Origin: the human T2T-CHM13v2.0 reference genome, Homo sapiens
Direction: 5' to 3' (one strand)
Length of the DNA: 64,000 nt
NCBI RefSeq assembly: GCF_009914755.1
Contig: NC_060935.1
This document shows positions 12,655 through 29,911 of this stretch, one piece after another. Under the pieces are notes generated by a model, which saw nothing but the letters and a program-made list of their open reading frames with translations, was not told the origin of the DNA and ran no database searches. Made by a program: the position numbers and the translations under genes. The first letter of the stretch is position 1. Every line of letters starts with the position of its first letter.

Positions 12655-14201
12655 TGTGTCTGAAATTGGTGGGTTCTTGTTCTCACTGACTTCAAGAATG
12701 AAGCCATGGACCCTCGCGGTGAGTGTTACAGTTCTTAAAGATGGTGTGTTCGGAGTTTATTCCTTCTGATGTTCAGACGTGTTCAGAGTGTCTTCCTTCT
12801 GTTGGGTTCGTGGTCTTGCTGGCTTCAGGAGTGAAGCTGGAGACCTTCGTGGTGAGTGTTACAGCTCTTAAGGCAGCGGGTCCGGAGTTGTTCATTCCTC
12901 CTGGTGGGTTCGTGCTGTCGCTGGCCTCAGGAGCGAAGCCGCAGACCTTAGCGGTGAGTGTAACAGCTCACAAAGGCAGTGTGGACCCAAAGACTGAGCA
13001 GCAGCAAGATTTACTGCAAAGAACGAAGAAACAACCCTGCCACACTGTGGAAGGGGACCTGAGCAGGTTGCCTCTGCTGGCTTGGGCAGCCTGCTTTTAT
13101 TCCCTTATCTGACCTCACCCACATCCTGCTTATTGGCCCATTTTACAGAGAGCTGATTGGTCCATTTTACAGAGAGCTGATTGGTCCATTTTACAGAGAG
13201 CTGATTGGTCCGTTTTGACAGCGTGCTGATTGATGCATTTACAATCCCTGAGCTAGACACAGAGTGCTGATTGGTGTATTTACAATCCTCTAGCTAGATG
13301 TAAAAGTTCTCCAAGTCCCCACTAGATTAGCTAGACACAGAGCACTGATCGGTGCATTAACAAACCTTGAGCTAGACACAGAGTGCTGACTGGTGCGTTT
13401 ACAAACCTTGAGCTAGACACAGAGAGCTGATTGGTGTATTTACAATCCTTTAGCTAGACATAAAAGCTCTCCAAGTCCCCACCATATTAGCTAGATACAG
13501 AGTGCTGATTGGTGCATCCACGAACCCCGAGCTAGACACAGAGTGCTGATTGCTGCATATACAGTCCTCCAGCTAGACATAAAAGTTCTCCAAGTCCCCA
13601 CCCGACTCAGGAGCCCAGCTGGCTTCCACTAGTGGATCCCGTGCCAGGGCCGTGCCCGCCAGTCCCACGCCACGCACCTGAACTCCTCAGCCCTTGGGCA
13701 GTCGATGGGACTGGGTGCTGTGGAGCAGGGAGCGGTACCCGTCAGGGGGGCTCAGGCTGTGTGGGAGCCCACCATGGGGGGGCTCGGGCATGGCAGGCTG
13801 CAGGCCCCGAGCCCTGCCCCACAGGGAGGCGGCTGAGGCCTGGCGAGAATTTGAGCACGCTGCAGGCGTGCCAGCAGTGCTGGGGGACCCAGCACCCCCT
13901 CCACAGCTGCTGGCCCGGCTGCTAAGCCCCTCACTGCCCAGGCCGGCCGGCTGCTCCGAGTGGGGGCCCACCGAGCCCATGCCCACCCGGAACTTGTGCT
14001 GGCCCTGGTTCCCGCCCACTCCTCTCTCTCCACACCTCCCCGCAAGCAGAGGGAGCTGGTTCTGGCCTCGGCCAGCCCAGAGAGGGTCTCCCACAGTGCA
14101 GCAGCGGGGCTGAAGGGCTCCTCAAGCATGGCCAGAGCAGACACCGAGGCTGAGGAGGTGCTGAGAGCAAGCAAGGGCTGCTAGCACGTTGTCACCTCTC
14201 A
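12655..14201 (-). mobile_element. LTR12 (ERV9) solo LTR, LTR12C/D-like
   Basis: Minus strand starts TGAGAGGTGACAACGTGCTAGCAG and ends CCAATTTCAGACACA; repeated CCAATCAG units; 4-bp TSD gtgg/atgg. Confidence 0.93.
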
Positions 14202-14499
14202 ATGGGACCATGCCAGATGCTGTCACACCCATTAGCAGCTCATTCACCTACATGGTGTTTATTCCCTCCCTCTGTGGGGACAGGAGAATGATCAGACTAT
14301 AGCGGGGGGCCCAAGTAGGAGAAAAATGAAAACAAATGGATCAGAGCAGCTCAGCTTAGGAAAGACCTTAAATTCCAGGCTAAGAAACTTTCCCTGACAT
14401 CTCCTCATGTGCTTGCTATAGCATTGTGTCATAACTTCTTAGTAACTTAAGCTAGGCCATGGGCAAGCTTGAGAGCGGAGATCACTTCACACATCACTG

Positions 14500-15185
14500 C
14501 AATGGTCTCAAAACCTTAGTGTGCATCAGAATCACAGGAACAGCTTGTGAAAACTCCAATTATAGGCCCCCGCCCCCAGAGTTTCTGATTTAGTAGCTCT
14601 TCAGGTAGGTCTGCAAAATTGCATCTCTAACAAATTCCAAATCTCACAGTTGACCCTGGTGATTCCTGTTTTCTGATATTCATATTCCTGTGGAGTTTCC
14701 TCCTACCTTGAATAGGTTTACTTATGTGACCAACAGGGCGTTGTGGAAGTGATGGTGTATGACTTTGAAGAATAGCTTATAAAAGAAACGCAGCTTTCAG
14801 CTTATTCTCTTGGATTGTTTATTATGGGGGAAGCCAACTGCCATGTTGAAAGGATACTCAAGCAGCTGTGAAGAGAGGTCACATGGGGAGAAGCTAAAGC
14901 TTCCCACTGACAACCAACCCCAGCTTGCCAGCCAGGTGAATGAGCTACCTCGGAAACAGATCCTCCAGTCCCTATCAAGTGTGAAAATGACTGCAGCCTC
15001 AGCCAATTTGTGACTGCTACTTCATGGTAGACCCTAACCTAGAATCTACAGAAACTATGAGACACAATAAATGGTTCTTGTTGTTTTAGGCCACTAAGCT
15101 TTGGGGAGATTTATTACATAGCTACAGATAGTTAATACACCAAATGATGCTGATGTGTCTGGTCCAGGGACAGCACTTTGAGAAT
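14500..15185. mobile_element. MER5A hAT MITE split by an MLT1 insertion
   Basis: catcagaatcac...tttctgatttagtag...tctaacaaattcc resumes as tgatgctgatg...ggtccagggacagcactttgagaa after the LTR. Confidence 0.7.
14645..15139 (+). mobile_element. MaLR solo LTR, MLT1E/F-like
   Basis: gatcctccagtcc..atgactgcagcc..cagaaactatgaga..aataaatgg..atagttaataca terminus. Confidence 0.75.
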
Positions 15186-15371
15186 GGCTACAGCATTTTA
15201 ACCCTTGTACCCACCGTGTGCCTGATGTATAAGATGCATTCAATAAATGTGTTTTAAATTAATTAATGAATAAATGGATGGATAAATAAAGGTTAGACTT
15301 AAAGCTACAGATACAGGAGAGTCACTGAGTTGAGAAATGGCATGATGGCAGAGGCATTGGGGGATACTTGC

Positions 15372-15751
15372 TGTATTAGTTCATTCCTGCAGTGCTATGA
15401 AGAACTTGAGACTGTATAATTTAATGAGAAAAGAGGTTTAATTGGCTCATGATTCCACAGGCTGTACAGGCTTCTGCTTCTGGGGAGGCCTCAGGAAACT
15501 TAACAATCATGGTGGAAGGGGAAGTGGAAGCTGGCACATCTTATGTGGCCAGAGCAGGAGGAAGAGACGGCAAAGTGGGCGATGCTACACAGTTTTAAGC
15601 AACCAAATCTCGTAAGAACTCACTTTCATGAGAACAGCAAGGGAGAAGTCTGCCCCCATGATCCAATTACCTCCCACCAGACCCCTCCTCCAACATTGGG
15701 TACTACAATTCGACATGAGATTTGGGTGGGGACACAATCCAAACCATATCG
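15372..15751 (-). mobile_element. MaLR solo LTR, MSTA-like
   Basis: tgtattagt...gaggcctcaggaaactt...ccaaaccatatc; perfect 5-bp TSD cttgc/cttgc. Confidence 0.85.
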
Positions 15752-17299
15752 CTTGCTAAGAAAGGTCTCTAGATTCATGGTTTGCTGAGTGACCCTGCTG
15801 GCAAAATTGCCAGCTCAAGATGCAATCTCCACTCTAGTTTCATATGCCTCCATCCAAGTGCTTAATAACCAGAGGAGCCTAGGCCTGGGAACTGCCATTT
15901 CTACTTCTCCTTCTGACCTGCAGAAGGCTCCCCAGGACATCCATTTCCTCCTGCATTTTGATCCCCATCAGGAATCTCCCATCCCTCTCTCTGCTCTTCT
16001 TTGTCAGTCCTTGTCCTCTCATTCTGTCCAACATTTATCCTGCTCCCCACCCCTTCTCTAATAGGCTCACCTTCTTCAACAAGCCTTCTGGGGACTTCCT
16101 GGCCTCCTCTGCTGATTCTCCTTGTGGCCCCTTCCTCCTTCCAGCCTTGAGTTTTTTATCCCCTCTACATTGTTCCCACAAAGCAGTTCACAGCACAATG
16201 CCACAAATAGTGACCAAATTCCAGCTGCCTATGCCAGCCAGCACTAGGTTGAATATATTGAGACAAATAAGACCATTTTCATGCAAAATATTGTTATTGA
16301 AGACTTCAAAGTACCCCGGACTAGCATCTTTATTTCAGCTGAAATCCTTCCAGGCCACACTCCAACCTCTCCCCACTGCCCCCATCTCACTGCCTTTCCC
16401 TTCAGGGCTGGTGTAGACATAGGGGTTGTGACCACCAGCTTAAGCTATGTGCCACCTCACCCAGTGGTAGGAACATGTAGAAAAGGGTTAAACAAGAACA
16501 CTTGTATCAAAGGGGACCTTTCCTCACAACCCCAGGCCAGGACAAATTCTCTCTTCCTTCCCATATTTGATTACTGCATTTGGAACTCATTGGAAGAAAA
16601 CTGGCTTTACTTTGATGTTTTTCCAGCTCTCTCTCCCTTGCTTTATTGGTCTCATCTGCTCTTCCAGAGCTTCAGACTTATTTGTCTTCCCCTGCATTTA
16701 TGTACAGGGTGTTTGTGCAGTAATACCTAGGATTTGATTGGGATTTCTGAAAAACACAGTATCGTATATGCTACAGAAGACTGGGGGTGTCTATCTGGCT
16801 TCTACGCATGGCTTGGAATGCAGAGCTGGGCACAGTCTGATTATTTTTAGCATTGTTATGGGGCTATTAAGTATGTCTATCCATGCTCCCTTCTCTCCCT
16901 TGGGTCTCAGATGTCACCTTCCAGGATTCCCAGAGTCTCCAAGAAGAATGTGGTCAGCCTAGAAGAAGGAGGTAGTTGAGCCCAGCCTCAACTGCCAGCC
17001 TCTCCCAAGACTTCACCATGCTGGATGATACAAATAAACTTCCAAAGAAACTCAGTCCACATGAGGAAACAGCCCACACAGTTCCACACAGGGTACAGAC
17101 CACCAGTGTGTCCTCAGGCAGTGCCCACCCCACATGAGGAACATTTCAGCCTCACCCATTCCAGCTCCCAGAGCCTGAGTTCCAGCCCTTTTCCTGAGGC
17201 TGGCTTCCATAATGAAAGCTCTTCACACCCAGCAAGTCCAGATGGAAAGGCTTGCTCTTCCCTCAGTTCTGCCCTTCCCGCAATCTTCCCCCTTTGAAG

Positions 17300-18060
17300 A
17301 AGGGCACTCCCAATCTCCAGGTGCTCAAGCTAAAAGCCAGGATACATTTTTGACATCTTCCTTTCCCTTGCCTCTCCTCTATTCATTCTTTCACCAAGCC
17401 CAGAATATTTTATCTCCAAAATATCTCACAGGCCATCCACTTCTCTCCTTCACTGCCATGACACTAGCCTGGGCCACTATCATCTACCTCTCAAGTGGAT
17501 CACTCACTAGTGTCTCAGCTCCCACACTGTTCCCTTTCAGTCTATCCTCCACACTGTAGCCAGAGTGAGCCACCCAAACCAAATCTGATCACATCATTCC
17601 CCTGCTTAAAACTCTCCAATGGTACTAAGAAAAAAAGAAGTATCGCAAGTCCCTTACATGGCTCTAAGACCTTTCATGATCTCACCCCTGACCACCACCG
17701 CTTGAACCTTCTCCCAGGATACACTACACTCTTACCCCTCCTTGCCAATCACAGTCTTCAAACTTCCCAAGTCCCTCAGCACACTCTGGCCTTTGTGTCT
17801 AGAAGAAAACACTGACACCTGTGTTCCCATGCTCATTCCTTGCCTAGCTAGCTCCAGCTATCCTTCAAGTCTGCTTAAAATTCACATTAGCAAAGACCTT
17901 CCCTGACCACCCTAATCTAGATTTATTTCTGCTGTTTTATTCTCTCATGGTACCCTATACTTCTACTCCATAGTTTGTAATTATGTAATTATTCATGCAA
18001 TAGTGTGTTTAAGTCTTCCTCATCAGACTATAAGCTCCAGGAGGGCACAGGTCATGTGTT
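17300..18060 (+). mobile_element. L2 LINE 3' region relic (boundaries approximate)
   Basis: ctccacactgtagccagagtga..aaatctgatcacatcattcccctgcttaaaactctccaatgg..agactataagctcc are L2 3' motifs. Confidence 0.7.
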
Positions 18061-18189
18061 TCTTTGCCCCTATACTACAACTTGGAGTCACAAATATGAG
18101 TGAGTCCTTCTCATCAAGAAACTTATACTCTCATGCTAAAGACACATCTATGAACAGGACATTCTAACTGAATATCTAAGGTATCAAGG

Positions 18190-18543
18190 TGTATTAGTCC
18201 ATTCTCACACTGCTATAAAGATACTACCTGAGACTGGTAATTTGCAAAGGAAAGAGGTTTAATTGACTCACAGTTCCACATGTCTGTGGAAGCCTCAGGA
18301 AACTTACAATCATGGCAGAAGTGGATGCAAGAACCTTCTTCACATGGCAACAGGACAGAGAAGTGCAAGCAGGGGAAATGCCAAACATTTATAAAACCAT
18401 CAGATCTCATGAGAACTCACGCATTATCATGAGAACAGGATGGGAGAAACCACTCCCATAATCCAATCATTTCCTTCCCTCAACACATGGGGATTACAAT
18501 TCAAAATGAGATTTGGGTGGGAACGCAGAGCCAAACCAAATCA
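18190..18543 (-). mobile_element. MaLR solo LTR, THE1D/MSTA-like
   Basis: tgtattagtccattctcacactgcta...gagatttgggtggg...ccaaaccaaatca; TSD caagg/caagc. Confidence 0.85.
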
Positions 18544-18966
18544 CAAGCCTTTGAAGTTAGCAAGGTCTAGGGCATAGCCACGTTAGCCCAAGAGAACACC
18601 AGCTTCCTGGAGTCTGTGAGCATCTAAAGGATAAGCCAAACTCCACTAGTGTGCCGGCCATTTGGTCATGGCACCTGCTGCTCCTACAGCTCTTTCTAAG
18701 GGATGGCTGCCCCACCTTGCCCTGAGGAATGGGTAGTCATGGCCATGCATTTACCCCAGACCTACCCACCAGACCTTCCGCTCCCTGACACAGCTGATTT
18801 CATAGTCGGGGGTGCCTGACCGAGGGCAACCAATTCCCAGGCTTTCTGGCATGGCATAGAGCAGCGGTGCTCAAATTCTGGGGGCTCAGAACATCTTTGA
18901 ATGCTTAAAAATTGCTGAGAACTACAGAAAACTTTTGTTTATGTGGCTTATATCTACTAATATTAA

Positions 18967-19380
<414 letters not shown>

Positions 19381-19809
19381 CATAAACAACATATTTTTAT
19401 GAAAAACAACTAAATTTTTGAAAACAAATATTTTAGTGAGAAGAATACACAGTTTTACAAATCTGCTTAGTGTCTGTCTTAATAGAAGACAGCCAGATTC
19501 TTATATCTATTTCTGCATTCAATCTTCTATGTCTTGTTTGGGTTGACCTATGAAGAAAATCCAGCCTCACACAGATATATAGTTGGAAAAGGTGGGAGTA
19601 ACTTTAATAGCCATCTCAGATAATCGTGGCTGTTCTTCTTTGATACTGCATCAAGACTTGACAAGGGGTAGATCCCTAAATGGGGTACCAGAAACCATAT
19701 TGGCAAATTTTGTATACTCTATTATATTGAAATCTACTGGTGTATCCCAGACTTTAACTGGACTCTTCACTGTTGAACGATGATGTAACATCCATGTCTT
19801 GGTCATTTA

Positions 19810-20130
<321 letters not shown>

Positions 20131-20441
20131 TTACTGAATTATGTAGACTTTTCAAATGACACATTTTATTATAGAATATTTCAAATGTCACATTGATTAA
20201 TATCACCACCAATCCCATCAGAGAAGTCTTAAGAAGTAGAAATCTCTCCAGTTCATTGTGGATCCTTGTGGTTCACTTGTAACATCAAATTTCATCATCA
20301 ACACCGTCAGTTGTTTTCCTTGAGGTGGCAGGTTCACGCCAATCATTTTCAAGAAAATGTCTGCTAAAAATCAAATCTGAATAACCATAGTTTTTCTGTC
20401 AATTGTTCTCACGAGTAAAATGACGTTTATGAAAAAAGTGG

Positions 20442-20730
<289 letters not shown>

Positions 20731-21971
20731 GGAAAAAGTGGCTAGTTCAGCTTGCAATTCAGTCATGTAAGTGCTTTTCCTAGATACTCCCATTGTACCT
20801 TAGTATACAGCGGAAGTGCTATACATACCCTTCACACAGACTTTAATAAGACATATACTCAAGAGTCACAATTTAGTAAAATTAATAATCTTTACTGCTT
20901 CATCAAGGACTCTTTTCTTACTTCAAGTGCCCGATGATAGAAGGAGGAGCCAAGATGGCCAAATAGGAACAGCTCTGGTCTACAGCTCCCAGCGTGAGTG
21001 ATGCAGAAGATGGGTGATTTCTGCATTTCCATCTGAGGTACCGGGTTCATCTCACTAGGGAGTGCCAGACAGTGGGCGCAGGACAGTGGGTGCAGTGCAC
21101 CGTGTGCCAGCCGAAGCAGGGCAAGGCATTGCCTCACTCGGGAAGTGCAAGGGGTCAGGGAGTTCCCTTTCCTGGTCAAGGAAAGGGGTGACAGACGGCA
21201 CCTGGAAAATTGGGCCACTCCCACCCGAATACTGCGCTTTTCCGACGGGCTTAGGAAACTGCACACCAGGAGATTATATCCCGCACATGGCTCGGAGGGT
21301 CCTATGCCCACAGAGTCTCGCTGATTGCTAGCACAGCAGTCTGAGATCAAACTTTAAGGCGGCAGCGAGGCTGGGGGAGGGGCGCCCGCCATTGCCCAGG
21401 CTCGCTTAGGTAAACAAAGCAGCTGGGAAGCTCGAACTGGGTGGAGCCCACCACAGCTCAAGGAGGCCTGCCTGCCTCTGTAGGCTCCACCTCTGGGGGC
21501 AGGGCACAAACAAAAAGACAGCAGTAACCTCTGCAGACTTAAATGTCCCTGTCTGACAGCTTTGAGGAGAGCAGTGGTTCTCCCAGCACTCAGCTGGAGA
21601 TCTGAGAACAGACAGACTGCCTCCTCAAGTGGGTCCCTGACCCCTGACCCCCAAGCAGCCTAACTGGGAGGCACCCCCCAGTAGGGGCAGACTGACACCT
21701 CACACAGCCGGGTACTCCTCTGAGACAAAACTTCCAGAGGACCAATCAGACAGCAGCATTCGCGGATCACAAAAATCCGCGGTTCTGCAGACACCGCTGC
21801 TGATACCCAGGCAAACAGGATCTGGAGTGGACCTCTAGCAAACTCCAACAGACCTGCAGCTGAGGGTCCTGACTGTTAGAAGGAAAACTAACAAACAGAA
21901 AGGACATCCACACCAAAAACTCATCTGTACATCACCATCATCAAAGACCAAAAGTAGATAAAACCACAAAG

Positions 21972-22988
21972 ATGGGGAAAAAACAGAGCAGAAAAACTGG
22001 AAACTCTAAAAAGCAGAGCACCTCTCCTCCTCCAAAGGAACGCAGTTCCTCACCAGCAACGGAACAAAGCTGGACAGAGAATGACTTTGACGAGGTGAGA
22101 GAAGAAGGCTTCAGACGATCAAACTACTCCGAGCTACAGGAGGAAATTCAAAACAAAGGCAAAGAAGTTGAAAACTTTGAAAAAAATTTAGACGAATGTA
22201 TAACTAGAATAACCAATACAGAGAAGTGCTTAAAGGAGCTGATGGAGCTGAAAGCCAAGGCTCGAGAACCACGTGAAGAATGCAGAAGCCTCAGGAGCCG
22301 ATACAATCAACTGGAAGAAAGGGTATCAGTGATGGAAGATGAAATGAATGAAATGAAGCGAGAAGGGAAGTTTAGAGAAAAAAGAATAAAAAGAAACGAA
22401 CAAAGCCTCCAAGAAATATGGGACTATGTGAAAAGACCAAATCTGCGTCTGATTGGTGTACCTGAAAGTGACGGGGAGAATGGAACCAAGTTGGAAAACA
22501 CTATGAAGGATATTATCCAGGAGAACTTCCCCAATCTAGCAAGGCAGGCCAACATTCAGATTCAGGAAATACAGAGAACGCCACAAAGATACTCCTGGAG
22601 AAGAGCAACTCCAAGACACATAATTGTCAGATTCACCAAAGTTGAAATGAAGGAAAAAATGTTAAGGGCAGCCAGAGAGAAAGGTCGGGTTACCCACAAA
22701 GGGAAGCCCATCAGACTAACAGTGGATCTCTCGGCAGAAACTCTACAAGCCAGAAGAGAGTGGGAGCCAATATTCAACATTCTTAAAGAAAAGAATTTTC
22801 AACCCAGAATTTCATATCCAGCCAAACTAAGCTTCATAAGTGAAGGAGAAATAAAATACTTTACAGACAAGCAAATGCTGAGAGATTTTGTCATCACCAG
22901 GCCTGCCCTAAAAGAGCTCCTGAAGGAAGTACTAAACATGGAAAGTCACAACCGGTACCAGCTGCTGCAAAATCATGCCAAAATGTAA
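21972..22988 (+). CDS. L1 ORF1p (338 aa, uninterrupted)
   Basis: MGKKQ...; coiled coil, RRM and CTD; REKG and YPAKLS motifs present. Confidence 0.9.
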   Translation: MGKKQSRKTGNSKKQSTSPPPKERSSSPATEQSWTENDFDEVREEGFRRSNYSELQEEIQNKGKEVENFEKNLDECITRITNTEKCLKELMELKAKAREPREECRSLRSRYNQLEERVSVMEDEMNEMKREGKFREKRIKRNEQSLQEIWDYVKRPNLRLIGVPESDGENGTKLENTMKDIIQENFPNLARQANIQIQEIQRTPQRYSWRRATPRHIIVRFTKVEMKEKMLRAAREKGRVTHKGKPIRLTVDLSAETLQARREWEPIFNILKEKNFQPRISYPAKLSFISEGEIKYFTDKQMLRDFVITRPALKELLKEVLNMESHNRYQLLQNHAKM

Positions 22989-23051
22989 AGACCATCAAGA
23001 CTAGGAAGAAACTGCATCAACTAATGAGCAAAATAACCAGCTAACATCATA

Positions 23052-26874
<3,823 letters not shown>

Positions 26875-29070
26875 ACAATGAGAACACATGGACACAGGAA
26901 GGGGAACATCACACTCTGGGGACTGTTGTGGGGTGGGGGGAGAGGGGAGGGATAGCATTAGGTGATATACCTAATGCTAAATGACAAGTTAATGGGTGCA
27001 GCACACCAGCATGGCACATGTATACATATGTAACTAACCTGCACATTATGCACATGTACCCTAAAACTTAAAGTATAATAATAATAATAAGTAAAAGAAA
27101 AAAAAGTGCCCGATGATAAAAAAAAAAAATACAACTATTAGAATGGTTGGTGGCCTTGCTTTGATTTGTGCCAAGGTGCCAGCAGTTTTATTCACCATAG
27201 CTTTTGTACCATCATTGCAAGTGTCAACATAGTGAAAAAGGCAAATGACATCTTAATATTATCATGAAAAAAATAGTTTTAACTGTATAGACCCCTGAGA
27301 GGGTCTTGGAGACCCACTAGGGGTCCACAGGCCATGCTTTGAATACCGTTGGCTCAGAGCAAAACTGATTAGCTAAGACAACCATTTTCTCTGGAATTTT
27401 TAAATCAAGAAGCACAAAATCAATAAGGTAGTTAGTAGTGAGTAGTAAACCTAGAAACAGTACTGCTTTTAGATCAGAGCAAGCAGAGCCCCTGTCCTGG
27501 GCCCCAAACCTCAGGAGGACCACACTTCCTCTCTGATGTCTGGGACCAGTTGGGGCTAGCAGTATCATCCAAGCGAGGCACTCCAAGCCTGGACAAGGAA
27601 GGGCATAGGCCCTCTTCTCTGCTTCTCCCCTTTGGGGTATTCCCGGAGCTTCTATCCCATGCAGGAGATTGACCAGATGCCCCAAGGAGCACAAAGGCTG
27701 ATGTGGTTGTCGTTGGCTCTCATGGGTGGACCCTGGTTCCAGGAGGGCAACCTGGCAAGTGGATTGCTTCTACTGGCTTCTGCAGTATTTCTTTCATGGG
27801 GTTGCAAAAGATTGGGCTGCCAAAGTGGTGTTGTCACACTTCTTTTGGTGACAGTCACGTCAGACACAAGATGAGTTCATAACTCTAGGCTATCAGAAAT
27901 CCACCACCCATCCTTGGGCTTAAACTATGTGTGGGGGCCCATGCATCAGCTCTCATCCATCTGTGTTCCAATCATGGTGCCACCTTCAGTTGACAGTACC
28001 CAAAAGCAATGAGGGTGCACATGTACTCCCACCCCGGCATCCATGCTCTGTGCCACATGTCAGGCAGTTGCCTGGGGTAGCTGAATCATCCCCTCCAAGG
28101 TCTTTAGACATCATTGCTCCACAGTGCCAACAGGCCCTTCTGATTGATGTCTTCTCTTGATTTCAGTTGAAGTGGTGACATCATGTTCTTCTAGATTAGT
28201 CTTAAGCCATCCCAGACAAGAGACTGCCCTTATCCCTCCACCTGTGTTTCCCTCATCTATCTTCTCTGCAGGTGGCAGTGTGCGAAAGACCAGAGAGCAG
28301 TCAACAGTGGAAAAAATCATATTCTTAAGTCCCTAAAGAAGTCAAAAGAATACATTATTGTAAAATGTGTTGTTCAAAGTTTATGCTACAAAATTCCAAA
28401 GGATGAATTTAATGTGACCATAGTACAAAGGATTGGTCACATTTTTTTGTATACTCTGGTTAAGACTTGTGTTAGTAGTCATCCTCAACAAAGAAGCATA
28501 GTAACAACCTTTGAGAGAGTCATTAAAAGTCAGTACTCACAGGTGGTGTGACACATGATACAGGGTCATGAGTAATGATGTAACCAGTCTGAAATGCATG
28601 GTATTAGGGAACTGCAGTAGCAAGAAGATTATACCATTTCAATAAAAAACACATTTCTAAGAGCGATGATATTATGCATAATAAAAACATTCCTGCTTTT
28701 TTCTCAGTAGGAGGTATAAAATTAGCCAGAAACCATAAATTTAACAATAAAGACCATGAGGTGATAGCTCCTAGGAACAGCCGACGCCTAGACACTATGA
28801 AGAAAGATAAATTTGTTTATCAGATTAGATGATAAACAAATACATAAGTACCCCTTCTCTACCCATTATTCTAAATCTTTACTGGTAAATTACTGTGCTT
28901 CACATGGACCTATGGATTTTATCATGCATTTTTATAACAGCTTTATTGAGCTATAATTCATATGCCATAAAATCCATCCTTTTAAAGTGTACAATTCAGT
29001 GGTTTTTAGCATATTCACCGAGATGCACAGCCATGATAACTATCTAATTATCGAGCATTTTCACCACCCT

Positions 29071-29438
29071 TGTAGGAAAACAGCCTGTTGCATGGTAAGA
29101 GTGATGCCGCCTTGAAGCAAAACTGCCGTGATGACCGATGTTTGACTCCTGCGTACCAAAGTGTTCATGTAGCGCAGAGAACCCCTCATAAAGATGTTTA
29201 TCTAACCTCCCCAGTGGTCATGAGTATTTGCAAGAAAGTCTGAGGCATGACAGATGCAAGTGTTTTATCAAAAAAGCTTACTATATAAAGAATATTTTCT
29301 GGAGGGTGGGTGTGGGGATCTACTGTCTGGCAGTTGCCTAAGATATCACTTCTGTTTGTAAGTCCATATTAAATGTTTCTCTCTGAGAAACTGGATTCGT
29401 CTGGGGTAGGTTTGCATTTACCTGCTCGCTGCAAAACA
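29071..29438 (+). mobile_element. Solo LTR (LTR47/MER72-like; subfamily uncertain)
   Basis: TG...CA termini (tgtaggaaaacagcc...gcaaaaca), TATA (ctatataaa) and attaaa signal; L1 sequence resumes after it. Confidence 0.65.
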
Positions 29439-29454
29439 TCCTCAAAGAAACCTT

Positions 29455-29911
29455 TGTCAGATCCAAGAGAAGTTCCTCTTCAAAGGTTTAGTTTGTTTAG
29501 TTTCTTTGTTCTCTACTTTCAAGGTCCAACTTCCTTATCCTTTGTGCCTCCCTGCTCCTGGTTCCAGTAAATAACTCTCCCGCCAGTCTTTATCTACAGA
29601 GCCCACGTCTGCTACTCACTCTGTAATTTACCCCTCCAGCTGTAACGGCTCTTCCCGCCAAAGCTGTCTTTCAAGTTAGTCAATCGGGTTCAGTTTAGAT
29701 TGTGTGGTCCAACTTCAGCCAACGGAGAAAGGACACAGTAGTAGGGACAAACTGCATTAAAAATAAAAACTCTTTCCCTCCTTTGTTCAGTGTACTTTCA
29801 TGACAACCAGTCCTGCAGAAAACACCCTTCTACAGAAGTAAATTAGCCTTACTGAAAAATCTTTTGTTTGAGTACTCATTTTCTTTGTGACTCCGAGCTT
29901 TACTTCCAACA
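29455..29911 (+). mobile_element. LTR10-family (HERV-I) solo LTR
   Basis: tgtcaga..aagttcctcttcaaag..agaagtaaattagccttactga..ttccaaca; TSD cctt/cctc. Confidence 0.7.

Noticed and set aside
13138-13600. Repeat-spacer-like array (gctagacacagagtgctgattggtg) that superficially resembles CRISPR
   Set aside because: These are the standard LTR12 U3 tandem enhancer repeats in eukaryotic DNA, with no unique spacers or cas genes.
12723-14184. Cluster of 74-140 aa ORFs on both strands
   Set aside because: All lie within the GC-rich LTR12 and are not retroviral gag/pol/env.
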